Positions 30,577 to 40,294 of a stretch of DNA of 64,000 nucleotides are shown here, one piece after another. The notes under the pieces were generated by a model. It did no database searches. It worked only from the letters and a program-made list of their open reading frames with translations, and was not told where the DNA came from. The stretch is taken from NCBI GenBank assembly GCA_947626695.1, contig CANQTE010000001.1:14-64013 (forward strand). Direction: 5' to 3'. This DNA is from an uncultured Bacilli bacterium (GTDB lineage: Bacteria > Bacillota_I > Bacilli_A > RF39 > UBA660). The position numbers and the translations under genes are program-made. Position 1 is the first letter of the stretch, and each line of letters begins with the position of its first letter.

Positions 30577-31050
30577 CTATTTAAATCCATTTTCTAACTC
30601 CTTTAACATTTCTTTTATTTCTTTATCTTCTAAAGTATCTATTCCCAAATTACGTGCTTCTTCATTAACACCATCTATAAATATAGACATTTCTTTAGAA
30701 TTGTACTTACTTGTTCCAATATAGAACATATAACTTTTAAATTTTCTGTTATTTTTAATAAATGTTCCATTTTCTTCATAATAATCACTTATTCTATTTG
30801 GAGATACTTCTGCAGGTATGCAAACATATGCTCTTTGCCCATAATCTTTTAACATTTGAAAATATATTTCCTCTTTAGATAATCTTAATACATTACTTAT
30901 TTGAGTTATTAATTCCCAAGCATAATTATTAGCATTTAAACTCCTTTTATTATGGTGTTTTTCAAGTTTTATGTCCCAGATAGTATCTTTATCTAGTTTA
31001 TATAAAAAGTGGCTTATTTCTTGTTTATTTCCTGTAAATTTCATATTCAC
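30577..31050 (-). CDS. hypothetical phage replication or recombination-region protein
   Basis: ORF only. Confidence 0.3.
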   Translation of the reverse strand: MNMKFTGNKQEISHFLYKLDKDTIWDIKLEKHHNKRSLNANNYAWELITQISNVLRLSKEEIYFQMLKDYGQRAYVCIPAEVSPNRISDYYEENGTFIKNNRKFKSYMFYIGTSKYNSKEMSIFIDGVNEEARNLGIDTLEDKEIKEMLKELENGFK

Positions 31051-31429
31051 CTTTATTAATTAATTTAATTGTTTTTTTTACATCTTCAAATATTTCTTCT
31101 GTTGACCATTTTTTAAGTTTGCAAGATACCATTGGCAAGTATTCTGGGTAAGGGTAATAATCATATGCGTGTGCATAATCCCAACCAATAAACCAACCAT
31201 ATATTGTTTTATCACCTATAAGTAGTTCACTACTGCTATAAGTTAACCCACCATGGACACTCAAATCTATATCAAAATAATCTTTATTAGTTAAATTAGG
31301 ATTAGATTGCACGTCTATATATGCAGTTGGGTGTGTTCCTAAATTCAATATATAAAAAGAATAACCCCTATACTTACCAGAGTGTAATAATTCTACTTTA
31401 CTTTCATGTGTATAAACCATTTTTTTCAT
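31025..31429 (-). CDS. hypothetical phage protein
   Basis: ORF only. Confidence 0.3.
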   Translation of the reverse strand: MKKMVYTHESKVELLHSGKYRGYSFYILNLGTHPTAYIDVQSNPNLTNKDYFDIDLSVHGGLTYSSSELLIGDKTIYGWFIGWDYAHAYDYYPYPEYLPMVSCKLKKWSTEEIFEDVKKTIKLINKGEYEIYRK

Positions 31430-32046
31430 ATAGTATTTTCCCTTTCTTGAAATTTTTTTAAAACATCTAGTATTTCTTTATAACTCTTTCGTTCTATTTC
31501 AACTAGCTCACCATAGCCTTTACGTGGTAACCAAATAGCATATAATTTATCAAATTGTGGTGTATGATACATATATCTATAAGCAAGTTCATATAAGCTT
31601 AATTGCCAACTTAAATATTCTTTATCAAGTTCTGCAGTTGTCTTAATATCACATAAAGAATAAAAATCTTTAACTGTTGCAATCATATCAAATCTTCCTG
31701 CATAAATATCTTTATAGTTTAACATCATTTCTTGCATTTGGACTTTGATGTTATATTTTTCTTTTAGCCTAAGATATTGCTTTAAAGAAAATTGCTGGAC
31801 ATCATTTAGATCTAATGCCACAGTTGTTATGTCAAAAGCTTCATCTTTTTGGACAACCTTTAAATTATGCTCATACATTTCTACTGATTTATGAATTACT
31901 TCCCCATAATCAGCTTTTTTATTTAAAATATACTCTGGAATACTTTTATATTTATCTGGAAAAATGAAGTGTAATATTTCAGATACACTAGGAATAATTA
32001 CTCCATTTTCGCTTAAATAAATATGTCCATCTTCTAAAAAAGTCAT
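31426..32046 (-). CDS. Putative PD-(D/E)xK exonuclease, partner of the annealing protein
   Basis: D...D-I-K arrangement (RFDMIATV...SLCDIKTT). It is adjacent to an SSAP-like gene. Confidence 0.35.
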   Translation of the reverse strand: MTFLEDGHIYLSENGVIIPSVSEILHFIFPDKYKSIPEYILNKKADYGEVIHKSVEMYEHNLKVVQKDEAFDITTVALDLNDVQQFSLKQYLRLKEKYNIKVQMQEMMLNYKDIYAGRFDMIATVKDFYSLCDIKTTAELDKEYLSWQLSLYELAYRYMYHTPQFDKLYAIWLPRKGYGELVEIERKSYKEILDVLKKFQERENTI

Positions 32047-32363
32047 TAGTCTAAAATTTTAAGAGTTAAACTTGAATATGGGTCACCTTGTTTTAAATAT
32101 TCTTCATAAATATCTGGAAGTTCTTGTTCTAATCTTTTTGTATCTACTGACTTTCTACCTTTAGAATATTTTATTTCAGCATATATTCCACACCCACTTA
32201 TTTTTTCGATGTTATTTTCGGTCATTAAGTCTTTTATTTTTTGTTTTAACTCTTTATCCATTAACTCGAATTTTTCAGCTGCCTTTTTTAACTCTTTATA
32301 AGTATTTATATAATCTTCTTTAACTTGAATATTATTATTCTCAAGTGTTATTATTTCGTTCAT
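32046..32363 (-). CDS. hypothetical phage protein
   Basis: ORF only. Confidence 0.3.
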   Translation of the reverse strand: MNEIITLENNNIQVKEDYINTYKELKKAAEKFELMDKELKQKIKDLMTENNIEKISGCGIYAEIKYSKGRKSVDTKRLEQELPDIYEEYLKQGDPYSSLTLKILD

Positions 32364-32971
32364 TATTGGTCCTCCTTCTTCGGTAATCTTTTTGAAATAA
32401 GACTACTTGCCTCTTGTACTGTTAATTCTTCTATTTTGGCCTTTTTTACAATTGCTAAAGCCTTTGTTAATTCTTCTTCTGTATAGAGTTCTTTAATTTT
32501 ATCTAATTGTACATTTGTTGCTAGAATTATTTTTGTTTGATTAGTAGTAGGGGTTCTTCTATTATTTTCTTCTTTACCTGCGACTGCGTCAAACATATCA
32601 TTTTCAACAATGTCAAATGCACTCATGTATAAGTATCTTCTTGAATAAGTTTCAACACCACCTAATGCCTGAATATCATTACACCCTTTAAGTTGTAAAT
32701 CTCGCATTGGACTAGTATATATCTCTTTTTGGTCTTGCTTATCACTATTGATTATTTCTAAAGTAGCAACTTCATTGCTAAATGTAAATTTAGTAAATAA
32801 CCCAACTTCATTACATAGTTTTATAATTGTTGGTGTAAAATCTGATAATTCATAATATTTAAAACCTGAGAACTTATTTTCTCCAGTTTTCTTCAAATTA
32901 GATTCTAATAATTTTTGTTTAACAAATTGAATTTTTTTCCAAATACCCATGTTAGCAAAATCTTTTTCCAT
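32363..32971 (-). CDS. Single-strand annealing protein (ERF/Rad52-like)
   Basis: ~200 aa, next to a nuclease and ssb. The family assignment rests on size and context only. Confidence 0.3.
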   Translation of the reverse strand: MEKDFANMGIWKKIQFVKQKLLESNLKKTGENKFSGFKYYELSDFTPTIIKLCNEVGLFTKFTFSNEVATLEIINSDKQDQKEIYTSPMRDLQLKGCNDIQALGGVETYSRRYLYMSAFDIVENDMFDAVAGKEENNRRTPTTNQTKIILATNVQLDKIKELYTEEELTKALAIVKKAKIEELTVQEASSLISKRLPKKEDQ

Positions 32972-33134
32972 TATTTTTCCTTCTCCCCTAACTCCAATTC
33001 TTTTAAAAGTGTTTTCATATATAATTCATTATTCTTTTTTCGCATTTTATAAAGCTTATTTTCATGTATTATTATAGTTACAAGCCAAACTGTTAAAAGT
33101 ATTAATGCTAATACCTGAGATATTGTCATTATCA

Positions 33135-33326
33135 TTATTTTTTGCCTCCTAATAATTCTGCATTAAAAATGCCAAAGATTAGTGTTACAAGCATAACATT
33201 AGTTGCAATCTCTTTAGGATCATCTTCTGAAAGTTTTTCAGAAAGCATTTTTATTGTTTCAGCCTCAGCCTCAATAATTATTTTTTCTAAGTTTTCGTAT
33301 TTGTAAGTTTTATTTTTTTCTATCAT
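33135..33326 (-). CDS. hypothetical small protein
   Basis: ORF only. Confidence 0.25.
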   Translation of the reverse strand: MIEKNKTYKYENLEKIIIEAEAETIKMLSEKLSEDDPKEIATNVMLVTLIFGIFNAELLGGKK

Positions 33327-34192
33327 TTCAATTCCTCTTCTCTAAAATCTTTAAATAGTTCCTCTAGCTCTTCCCTCTCTTTATCGCTTACTTTTTCTTT
33401 TTTTACATTGTCCCACTTCTCCAGCTTTATCTTGTCTTTAAGAGATTTATTAACTCCTGTAGTCTTGCTCTCTTGAAAGATTTTTTCTCTTTCCTCTGCT
33501 TCTGCTACTGTTGTTATTCCCTCTTTTTGATAAGAGTAAAGAATTTTGTTAATGTATTTTACGTTAAAAACTCTAGCTAGTTCTGCTTGCTTAATAGCAT
33601 ACCTTGTAAGGCTATTATCTTTCCAAGTTCCTATCATTTCAATTTCTGTATCTCCTAGTGGCCTACCAAATGTTTTTTCAACAAACTCAAATAAGTTTTC
33701 GTCCCCGTTTCTCTTGTTCCCATCTCGTTCGCTTATAGTAGTTGTTGTATTATTATCTAATTGTATATCTCTATGTATATCTCTCTTTCTCATTTTTAGA
33801 GTACCCCATTCTAATTTTGAGAGTACCCCATTCTCATTTTTAGAGTACGTACCCTCATTATTAGAGTACCCCTCATATTCATTAGTAGAACGTTTAGGAT
33901 AAGGTGGTTTATTAACTTTAATTATACGTTTTACAATTTCTTTACCATTACGTTCATAATTAATACTAATCCAACCTTTTTCTTTTAAACTTTTAATTAT
34001 TCTTGTAGCATTATTACTGCTTTGACCAAACATCGTTTTAAAATGTTTATTACTAGCATAACAGCCATCATCTTCATTATCTAAACTGTCTATTTCAACT
34101 AAATACATTTTTTCTAGTGGTGTTAAATCATTATTTAACCAAATATCTTTTGGAATCCAAACCCCCTTAAAGTTTCTAGTTTGTTCCTCCAT
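33323..34192 (-). CDS. Replication initiation protein: phage replisome-organizer N-terminus plus DnaD-like C-terminal domain
   Basis: The C-terminal LFEFVEKTFGRPLGDTEIEMIGTWKD...YAIKQAELA resembles a DnaD domain. The gene contains internal iterons. Confidence 0.5.
   Translation of the reverse strand: MEEQTRNFKGVWIPKDIWLNNDLTPLEKMYLVEIDSLDNEDDGCYASNKHFKTMFGQSSNNATRIIKSLKEKGWISINYERNGKEIVKRIIKVNKPPYPKRSTNEYEGYSNNEGTYSKNENGVLSKLEWGTLKMRKRDIHRDIQLDNNTTTTISERDGNKRNGDENLFEFVEKTFGRPLGDTEIEMIGTWKDNSLTRYAIKQAELARVFNVKYINKILYSYQKEGITTVAEAEEREKIFQESKTTGVNKSLKDKIKLEKWDNVKKEKVSDKEREELEELFKDFREEELK
33794..33879. repeat. Four ~21-bp direct iterons (core AGAGTACCC), candidate phage replication origin
   Basis: ttttagagtaccccattct, ttttgagagtaccccattct, ttttagagtacgtaccctcatt and attagagtacccctcatatt, in tandem inside the initiator gene. 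Confidence 0.5.
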
Positions 34193-34250
34193 ATATTTTT
34201 TCCTTTTCCATTATATACTTCCTGTTAATTACGTAATTTTTATTGATTGT

Positions 34251-34544
34251 CTAACCTTCTAAAATTGCTCTTAACATTTCTTTGTTTTCAGCAAAATATT
34301 TTTTCAAACTTGAACCTGTGATATATTCTTTTAACAAACCTGGACTTATTTGATAGGTCCATTTTTTACTACTAATTTGTACAGCAGTCCCAATTGGTAA
34401 TCTATTACATTGGAGCCCTGCTCTTATGTAACTTTCACTTACATCTAATAATTTAGCTGCAACGCATACAGGTACATTTTTATATTTTTCTAAAATTTCC
34501 AGCATTTTAGTCCTCCTATTCGCACAAGATTTTTTTCTTTTCAA
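34251..34544 (-). CDS. HTH DNA-binding protein
   Basis: Candidate HTH at VCVAAKLLDVSESYIRAGLQ. Confidence 0.35.
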   Translation of the reverse strand: MKRKKSCANRRTKMLEILEKYKNVPVCVAAKLLDVSESYIRAGLQCNRLPIGTAVQISSKKWTYQISPGLLKEYITGSSLKKYFAENKEMLRAILEG

Positions 34545-34558
34545 TTACATACTTCCTA

Positions 34559-34813
34559 TTAATTACGTGAAATTTTCTTTAAATACTTGATATTTATATC
34601 AAAATATTTTATAACATATTCTGTAGGGACTAAACCATATGGTGTTTCTTTACCAGTTTCATTTTTAACAAGCTCACGAATATTGTTAAAATGTTTACTT
34701 GCTATACTGTAACCACAGTATGCAATGGCCATAATCCCTCGTTTATCGACCCAAATGCCATTTAATATATCCAGTATTTCAGTAGCATTGGGTCTTTTTG
34801 TTAGTTTTTTCAT
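34559..34813 (-). CDS. hypothetical phage protein
   Basis: ORF only. Confidence 0.3.
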   Translation of the reverse strand: MKKLTKRPNATEILDILNGIWVDKRGIMAIAYCGYSIASKHFNNIRELVKNETGKETPYGLVPTEYVIKYFDINIKYLKKISRN

Positions 34814-34909
34814 AAAACCTCCAGTCTGGTAAGATTATTTTTCAATATTACAAATATTGATTTTTTACTTTTACTCCTTTAAAATACAAGTTCAGAAAGG
34901 AGTATTTTT

Positions 34910-35263
34910 ATGTTAGATAAGAAAACTTATAAATTTTTAATTTTTCTTGTAAATAATAATTCTATTACTCATGAAGAGTATTTTGATTATCATAAAAAGC
35001 ATAAAACTAACAAATGGATTACAATTCAAATGTATATATTTTTGCTAAATAATGGATACATTTATGTAAAAGATGACAAAATTTATTATTCATATCAAAC
35101 TAATATAATTATTAATTATTACAAAGAAAATAAACTAAGCAATATATTTACAAATTATATCTTACCTTACATACAACAATTATTTATATTTCTAATAGGA
35201 CTGCTAACACCATACCTATTAAAAACACTACAGCATATTCTAGAAATCTTAAAATTCTTTTAA
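34910..35263 (+). CDS. Plus-strand membrane protein, possible moron, inside the early region
   Basis: C-terminal hydrophobic segment. It is on the opposite strand to its neighbours. Confidence 0.3.
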   Translation: MLDKKTYKFLIFLVNNNSITHEEYFDYHKKHKTNKWITIQMYIFLLNNGYIYVKDDKIYYSYQTNIIINYYKENKLSNIFTNYILPYIQQLFIFLIGLLTPYLLKTLQHILEILKFF

Positions 35264-35422
35264 TATAGAATATTGTTTCCATTAAATCTTCGACTTCTCC
35301 CTTTCTCCAAATGTGTTTTTCAAACATTGGGAAGTTTTGTCCAAAATCTTTAGATATTTTATCTTTCATATATTCTCCTTTATGAAGTTATACTTCTGCT
35401 TTATTTCCTAAAAAAATAATGT

Positions 35423-35674
35423 TTAACATTTTTGCAATTTCTTATAAGACTTAAAATCTTGTTCTAAAGCATTAAAAAGTTCTTCTATATTTCCGTTAAG
35501 AACAGAAGTAATTTCACACAATTCTATTACAGTAGCATCTAATGGGAATTTTTCTTTTTTCGAATATGTATTTGGGTGCCAACCTAGCAATTTTCCGCTT
35601 TCTTCCTGATTTTTGCCAGCTCTTGCTCTAAAAGATTTTAATACTTTTGTTGTTTCATATTCTATGTTCATCAA
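35423..35674 (-). CDS. Cro-like XRE-family HTH regulator
   Basis: QEESGKLLGWHPNTYSKKE is an XRE-type HTH. It is divergent from the repressor gene. Confidence 0.5.
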   Translation of the reverse strand: MMNIEYETTKVLKSFRARAGKNQEESGKLLGWHPNTYSKKEKFPLDATVIELCEITSVLNGNIEELFNALEQDFKSYKKLQKC

Positions 35675-35703
35675 AAACTTTATCTCCTTTCATGTTTTAT
35701 TTT

Positions 35704-35722
35704 ATAAGATTTTAAATCTTAT
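35704..35722. promoter_or_regulatory. Perfect 19-bp palindromic operator candidate in the CI/Cro intergenic region
   Basis: ATAAGATTTTAAATCTTAT lies between the divergent HTH genes. Confidence 0.45.
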
Positions 35723-35830
35723 GTCAATATAAAATGTGATTTTTATTCTTATAATTTATGATTTTTTCTCTTGTCACTGTTGCTTTTTTTATAAATAAGT
35801 GTTAAAATTGTAATGAAATGAGGTGAAATT

Positions 35831-36190
35831 GTGACATTTAATTTACCTCCTAATTTTCTTTCATCAAATGTTGAATACTTGAGAAAAAAGAACAATATGT
35901 CCCAAGCTCAATTAGGAAAATTGGTAAATAAAGATTATTCAACAATAGGTAAATGGGAAAAAGGAATAAATCAACCGTCAATTGAGGATAGTTTTAAATT
36001 AGCAATTATATTTAATGTAGATTGGAGTTCTTTAATAAGAGAAAATTTACGTAATTCAAAAGCAAATAGTAATGATACTTTTACATTATATGATAACAAT
36101 AAAGATATCCTTACTAAAGATGATGAAGATTATATAAAATTTATAATAGAAAAAAGGAAAAAAGAAAGCGAAGAAGAAAAGAAGGAGTAA
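35831..36190 (+). CDS. CI-like XRE-family repressor (no peptidase domain)
   Basis: MSQAQLGKLVNKDYSTIGKWEKG is an XRE-type HTH, in the lysogeny-side orientation. Confidence 0.5.
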   Translation: MTFNLPPNFLSSNVEYLRKKNNMSQAQLGKLVNKDYSTIGKWEKGINQPSIEDSFKLAIIFNVDWSSLIRENLRNSKANSNDTFTLYDNNKDILTKDDEDYIKFIIEKRKKESEEEKKE

Positions 36191-36240
36191 AAACATTTTT
36201 TCTCTCTATGTTATATTTTTAAAGATAAAAAGGAGTTAAT

Positions 36241-36657
36241 GTGAAAAAAATAATTTGTTTAGTAATTATACTATTTGTAATATGTTTAATATTTTCTATA
36301 AGCATTAATAAAACTTCTTATGCTTCAAGAGGGTGTTGCTCATGGCATGGTGGAGTTAGTTATTGTGGAAGTAACGGTTATTATATTTGCAATGATGGCA
36401 CTCAAAGTCCTAGTTGTAGATGTTCTTCAACATCATTAGAAGATAATAATAATGATAACCATTATTTAGATTTATATGATAGTTCTTGTAATTATTCTGA
36501 TTACGAAAATGAAATTAAAGAACTAAAGGAAAAAAATGAAGATTTAGAAGAAAAAAACAATGACTATTTAGGCTATATTGAATTTTTAATTTTTATCTTG
36601 TTTATAGGAAGCATATATTGTTATTACAAAATTAGAAATTTAAAAAATACAGAATAA
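36241..36657 (+). CDS. Secreted, membrane-anchored Cys-rich small protein, moron candidate
   Basis: N-terminal signal/TM, a CCSWHGG...C..C.C Cys-rich block, an acidic coiled coil and a C-terminal TM. Confidence 0.4.
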   Translation: MKKIICLVIILFVICLIFSISINKTSYASRGCCSWHGGVSYCGSNGYYICNDGTQSPSCRCSSTSLEDNNNDNHYLDLYDSSCNYSDYENEIKELKEKNEDLEEKNNDYLGYIEFLIFILFIGSIYCYYKIRNLKNTE

Positions 36658-36670
36658 AAAAGGAGTAAAT

Positions 36671-37231
36671 ATGTTTGAATTTATTATAGAGCTTTTAGGA
36701 GTTATATTTATTATTTTTTTAATTATATATATTGTATCAGCAATAAAAGATAATTCACCTAAAAAAATTAATTCAATATGTAATAATATATATGATAATT
36801 CTCTTACCATTACTGAAAAATTAAACAATTTATTAAAAATTTATGGATATGAGCCTACAACAGATAATGAAATGACAACATTTTGTGCTGTTTCTTCAAT
36901 GTATTGTTATTACTTCTTTATTTTAGCCTTAAGAAAACATTATGGAGCTTCTAATAAAATATGTTCTACTATAACAAAACAGTTGTTAGGCAAATTATCA
37001 GCTAATATAAATAATATTAGTTTTGAACAAATTTCGAATATATACTTAGAAATAACATCTACATTAATAAAAACTCCTCAAAATAATTATGAAGAATTAG
37101 AAAAATATGTCGGATTATGTTATTTAAATCATGCTATAAACTTTAAAGGAGATGAAGTAGAAACAGATTTACTATTAAATATTTATGAAGAATTTAATAT
37201 CATATTAAAAAATAGTTATAAAATATATTAA
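36671..37231 (+). CDS. Membrane protein, a superinfection-exclusion or abortive-infection-type candidate
   Basis: N-terminal TM. It sits between the repressor and integrase, which is a typical moron position. Confidence 0.3.
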   Translation: MFEFIIELLGVIFIIFLIIYIVSAIKDNSPKKINSICNNIYDNSLTITEKLNNLLKIYGYEPTTDNEMTTFCAVSSMYCYYFFILALRKHYGASNKICSTITKQLLGKLSANINNISFEQISNIYLEITSTLIKTPQNNYEELEKYVGLCYLNHAINFKGDEVETDLLLNIYEEFNIILKNSYKIY

Positions 37232-37436
37232 TTTAATACTAGAAGAAAAAGAAATAATTTTCTTGTATTATATATTTACCAGAAAAAAATTCGGGTATAA
37301 AAAAAGTGCCCCCTACCCGCTGGAACGAGTAGAGGAAAACTGCTATAAGCAGTACATAAAAAATCTCACCAGACTTTTATGTACTCTAATTATAGCAAAA
37401 TAAAAAAATAAATGCAATAATTGGAGGTTAAAATTT

Positions 37437-38561
37437 ATGCCAGTATATCAAGAAAATGAAAATAAATGGACCAAAGATGGTCGTAAATGGTACTTTAAAG
37501 TTTACTATACAGATATGTATGGAAAACGTAAAAGAAAAAGAAGTAAATTATATTTAATGAAAAGAGATGCAATAGAAGCCGAATCTGAGTTTCTAACAAA
37601 AATAAAAACTGTTGATGAAACAGATAATAATATAAAGTTCGATACTGTATATAATGAGTGGCTAGAATTTAAAAAATCAAAAGTAAAGGTTTCTACCTAC
37701 TATAAAATTGTAAAAACATTAAACAAGCATATTTTAGATTTTTTTAAATCTTTTAAATTACATAATATAAAATTGAACTCTATTAATCAATGGAGAATTA
37801 AATTAGTAAATCAAGGACTTGATATAGATTATACAAATATAATTATTAATTATTTAAAAGAAATTTTGAATTTTGCTAAAACTAATTATAATTTTGATTA
37901 TAAAATTATTGATAAAATTTATACTATTAGAGATGACACACCAAAATCTGAAAAAACTGATGCAGAATTGAACTTTTGGACATATAGCGAGTTTAAAAAA
38001 TTTATAAATAAGGTTGATGATAAATTTTACTATTTAATATTTAATTTCTTGTATTTTACAGGTTTAAGAATTGGAGAATTTTCCGCATTAACTTGGAAAG
38101 ATATTGACCTAAGAAATAAAACTGTTAGTATTACAAAAAGTTTAACCTGTAAAGTCATTGATAAAAAATATATGATTACAAGCCCTAAAACTTCTAATTC
38201 TATAAGAGTAATAGATTTAGATGATAATTTAATAAAATTGCTTAAAGAGCATAAAAACAATGAAAAAAATATTCTTGGATTTAATGAGAATATGTTTGTA
38301 TTCGGAAATGTAAAATATATTTCACAAACAACATTAAGGAGGCATATTGCAAATTATGCGAAATTAGCTAAAGTTAAATATATTTCAATACATGGGTTTA
38401 GACACTCTCATGTGAGCTTACTAATATATTTAGGCTGTGATGTAAGAGACGTAGCAAATAGAATTGGAGATACAGTACAAATAGTTGAAAGTACATATTA
38501 TCATATGTTTCCTAAAAAGAAAGAAAATGCAATAAAATTACTAAATAATTTAGAAAAATAG
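37437..38561 (+). CDS. int: Tyrosine site-specific integrase
   Basis: C-terminal catalytic signature (R...HGFRHSHVSLL...Y). It is adjacent to the tRNA attachment site. Confidence 0.85.
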   Translation: MPVYQENENKWTKDGRKWYFKVYYTDMYGKRKRKRSKLYLMKRDAIEAESEFLTKIKTVDETDNNIKFDTVYNEWLEFKKSKVKVSTYYKIVKTLNKHILDFFKSFKLHNIKLNSINQWRIKLVNQGLDIDYTNIIINYLKEILNFAKTNYNFDYKIIDKIYTIRDDTPKSEKTDAELNFWTYSEFKKFINKVDDKFYYLIFNFLYFTGLRIGEFSALTWKDIDLRNKTVSITKSLTCKVIDKKYMITSPKTSNSIRVIDLDDNLIKLLKEHKNNEKNILGFNENMFVFGNVKYISQTTLRRHIANYAKLAKVKYISIHGFRHSHVSLLIYLGCDVRDVANRIGDTVQIVESTYYHMFPKKKENAIKLLNNLEK

Positions 38562-38578
38562 GACGTAAATAGGACGTA
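38560..38578. promoter_or_regulatory. Tandem AGGACGTA arm-type sites at the integrase-proximal prophage end
   Basis: AGGACGTA occurs at 38560-38567 and 38571-38578, overlapping the integrase stop codon, 15 bp from the att core. Confidence 0.45.
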
Positions 38579-38593
38579 ATTAATAAATGATAC

Positions 38594-38646
38594 GAAAAAA
38601 CTCCCTAAAATAGGGAGATTAAATCCACATGGCGGAGTAGAGAGGA
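38594..38646. repeat. attR core, overlapping the tRNA-Ser 3' end
   Basis: Perfect 53-bp copy of 12..64. It overlaps the 3' end of the minus-strand tRNA at 38630..38646. Confidence 0.85.
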
Positions 38647-38722
38647 TTTGAACCTCCGCGCCAGCATTCGCCGACCTAGATCCTTAGCAGGGACCCCTCT
38701 TCAGCCTCTTGAGTACTACTCC
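38630..38722 (-). tRNA. tRNA-Ser (anticodon GCU), long variable arm
   Basis: The reverse complement reads GGAGTAG...CUGCUAA...GGCGCGGAGGTTCAAATCCTCTCTACTCCGCCA. It has an acceptor stem, a T-arm GGTTCAAAT, the anticodon loop and an ~93-nt length. Confidence 0.8.
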
Positions 38723-38866
38723 AAAAAAACTTACATTTAGAGTATAACACTAAAATGGCTATTTAGTCAATAATTATATTGTGCGTTTACCATCTTTTTA
38801 TACATTTTTTTATAAATAATTGCATATATTCCCCTAATTTACTAATACTAAAGGTATGGTGATAGT

Positions 38867-40294
38867 ATGAATAATATTATTAAAAGACTTCAAGAAGAAT
38901 TTAAAAATGTTCCAGATTTAACTATTAAAAAAATTAAATTATCTTTTTTTGATACAGTTTATGTTGCTTATTTAGAAACTATATGTTCTAGTGATAGAGT
39001 TAATGATTATATATTAAAAAATTTAAGTGATTTAAGTGGTAAGAAAAAAAATAAAATTTTAAATACCAATAGTATTCTTCCTGGTCCTAATACTAAAATA
39101 ATAGATAATTATGATAAATTAGAGTTTTATATAAATAATGGATTTGCTATTATTATTAGGAAAAATAGAGCACTTGCAATTGAAGTTAAAGGAGATATAA
39201 ATAGAAGTATTCCAACTCCTGATTCTGAGCCCGCAATAAATGGTCCTAAAGATGCTTTTAATGAAAATTATCAAGTAAATATGGGACTTATTAAAAGAAG
39301 AATTAAAAGTAATACTCTTAAAACAGAAGAGTTTTTTCTAGGAAGAAAAACTAATACTAAAGTAGGTTTATTATATATAGATGATATCGCAGATACAAAA
39401 TTAATTAATAATATTAAGAATAAAATAACAAAAATAGATATAGATGGTATTCTTGATTCTTCCTCTTTAGGACAACTTATAAATAAAGAAAATAAAGTTC
39501 ATTTTCCCACATATATTTTAACAGAAAGACCTGATAATGTTGCAAGAGCTCTTTTAGAAGGTAAAATAGCAATACTTGTTGATACTTCTCCTTTTGTAAT
39601 TATTATACCTGCTTTTTTTGGTGATTTTATTAATCCTGGAGTAGATGCTTACAATAAAAGTAATAATATTAATTTTTTAAAAATAGTAAGACTTGCTTGT
39701 TTTTTCTTATCTATGAGTGTCCCAGCAATATATATAGCACTAGTTAATTATAATCAAGAAACTATACCTACACCCCTTCTTGCTAGTTTTGCTATTCAAA
39801 GAGATGGTGTTCCCTTCCCAGCCATAGTAGAAGCCGTGATGATGCTTTTTATATGTGAAATGTTAAGAGAAAGTGATATAAGGTTCCCTAATTCTTATGG
39901 GAGTGCTATTTCAATACTTGGTGCTTTAGTTTTAGGAGATGCCGCAGTTTCAGCAGGAATTGTCTCCCCTATAATGATAATTGTTATAGCTCTAACATTC
40001 ATGGCTAGTCTAATATTTACCGAAGCAGAAGTTACTAGTGCTCTTAGATTTATGCGTTTTATATTTATTATTTTAGCATCCTTTTATGGAATACTTGGAT
40101 TAGTATTTGGTTTATTTTTCTTTCTTATTAAAATTAATGATATTAAATCATTTGGTATGCCATACTTTTACCCTATTATGCCTTTTGATAAAAATTATTT
40201 CTTTAAAACTATTCTTAAAAAGCCCACAAAAAAAGATAAAAAAAGAAGTTCTATTTTAGCTAAAAAGAATTTGATTAAACAAGGAGAAAATTAA
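38867..40294 (+). CDS. Spore germination receptor, GerA-family A subunit
   Basis: Conserved GerAA core (ILTERPDNVARALLEGKIAILVDTSPFVIIIPAFF...) and C-terminal TM helices. Confidence 0.8.
   Translation: MNNIIKRLQEEFKNVPDLTIKKIKLSFFDTVYVAYLETICSSDRVNDYILKNLSDLSGKKKNKILNTNSILPGPNTKIIDNYDKLEFYINNGFAIIIRKNRALAIEVKGDINRSIPTPDSEPAINGPKDAFNENYQVNMGLIKRRIKSNTLKTEEFFLGRKTNTKVGLLYIDDIADTKLINNIKNKITKIDIDGILDSSSLGQLINKENKVHFPTYILTERPDNVARALLEGKIAILVDTSPFVIIIPAFFGDFINPGVDAYNKSNNINFLKIVRLACFFLSMSVPAIYIALVNYNQETIPTPLLASFAIQRDGVPFPAIVEAVMMLFICEMLRESDIRFPNSYGSAISILGALVLGDAAVSAGIVSPIMIIVIALTFMASLIFTEAEVTSALRFMRFIFIILASFYGILGLVFGLFFFLIKINDIKSFGMPYFYPIMPFDKNYFFKTILKKPTKKDKKRSSILAKKNLIKQGEN

Larger units (their letters stand above)
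12..38646. mobile_element. Complete temperate prophage (~38.6 kb) inserted in tRNA-Ser
   Basis: The att direct repeats flank integrase, CI/Cro, replication, terminase, portal, capsid, tail-protein and lysis modules. The gene order is that of a tailed phage. Confidence 0.85.
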
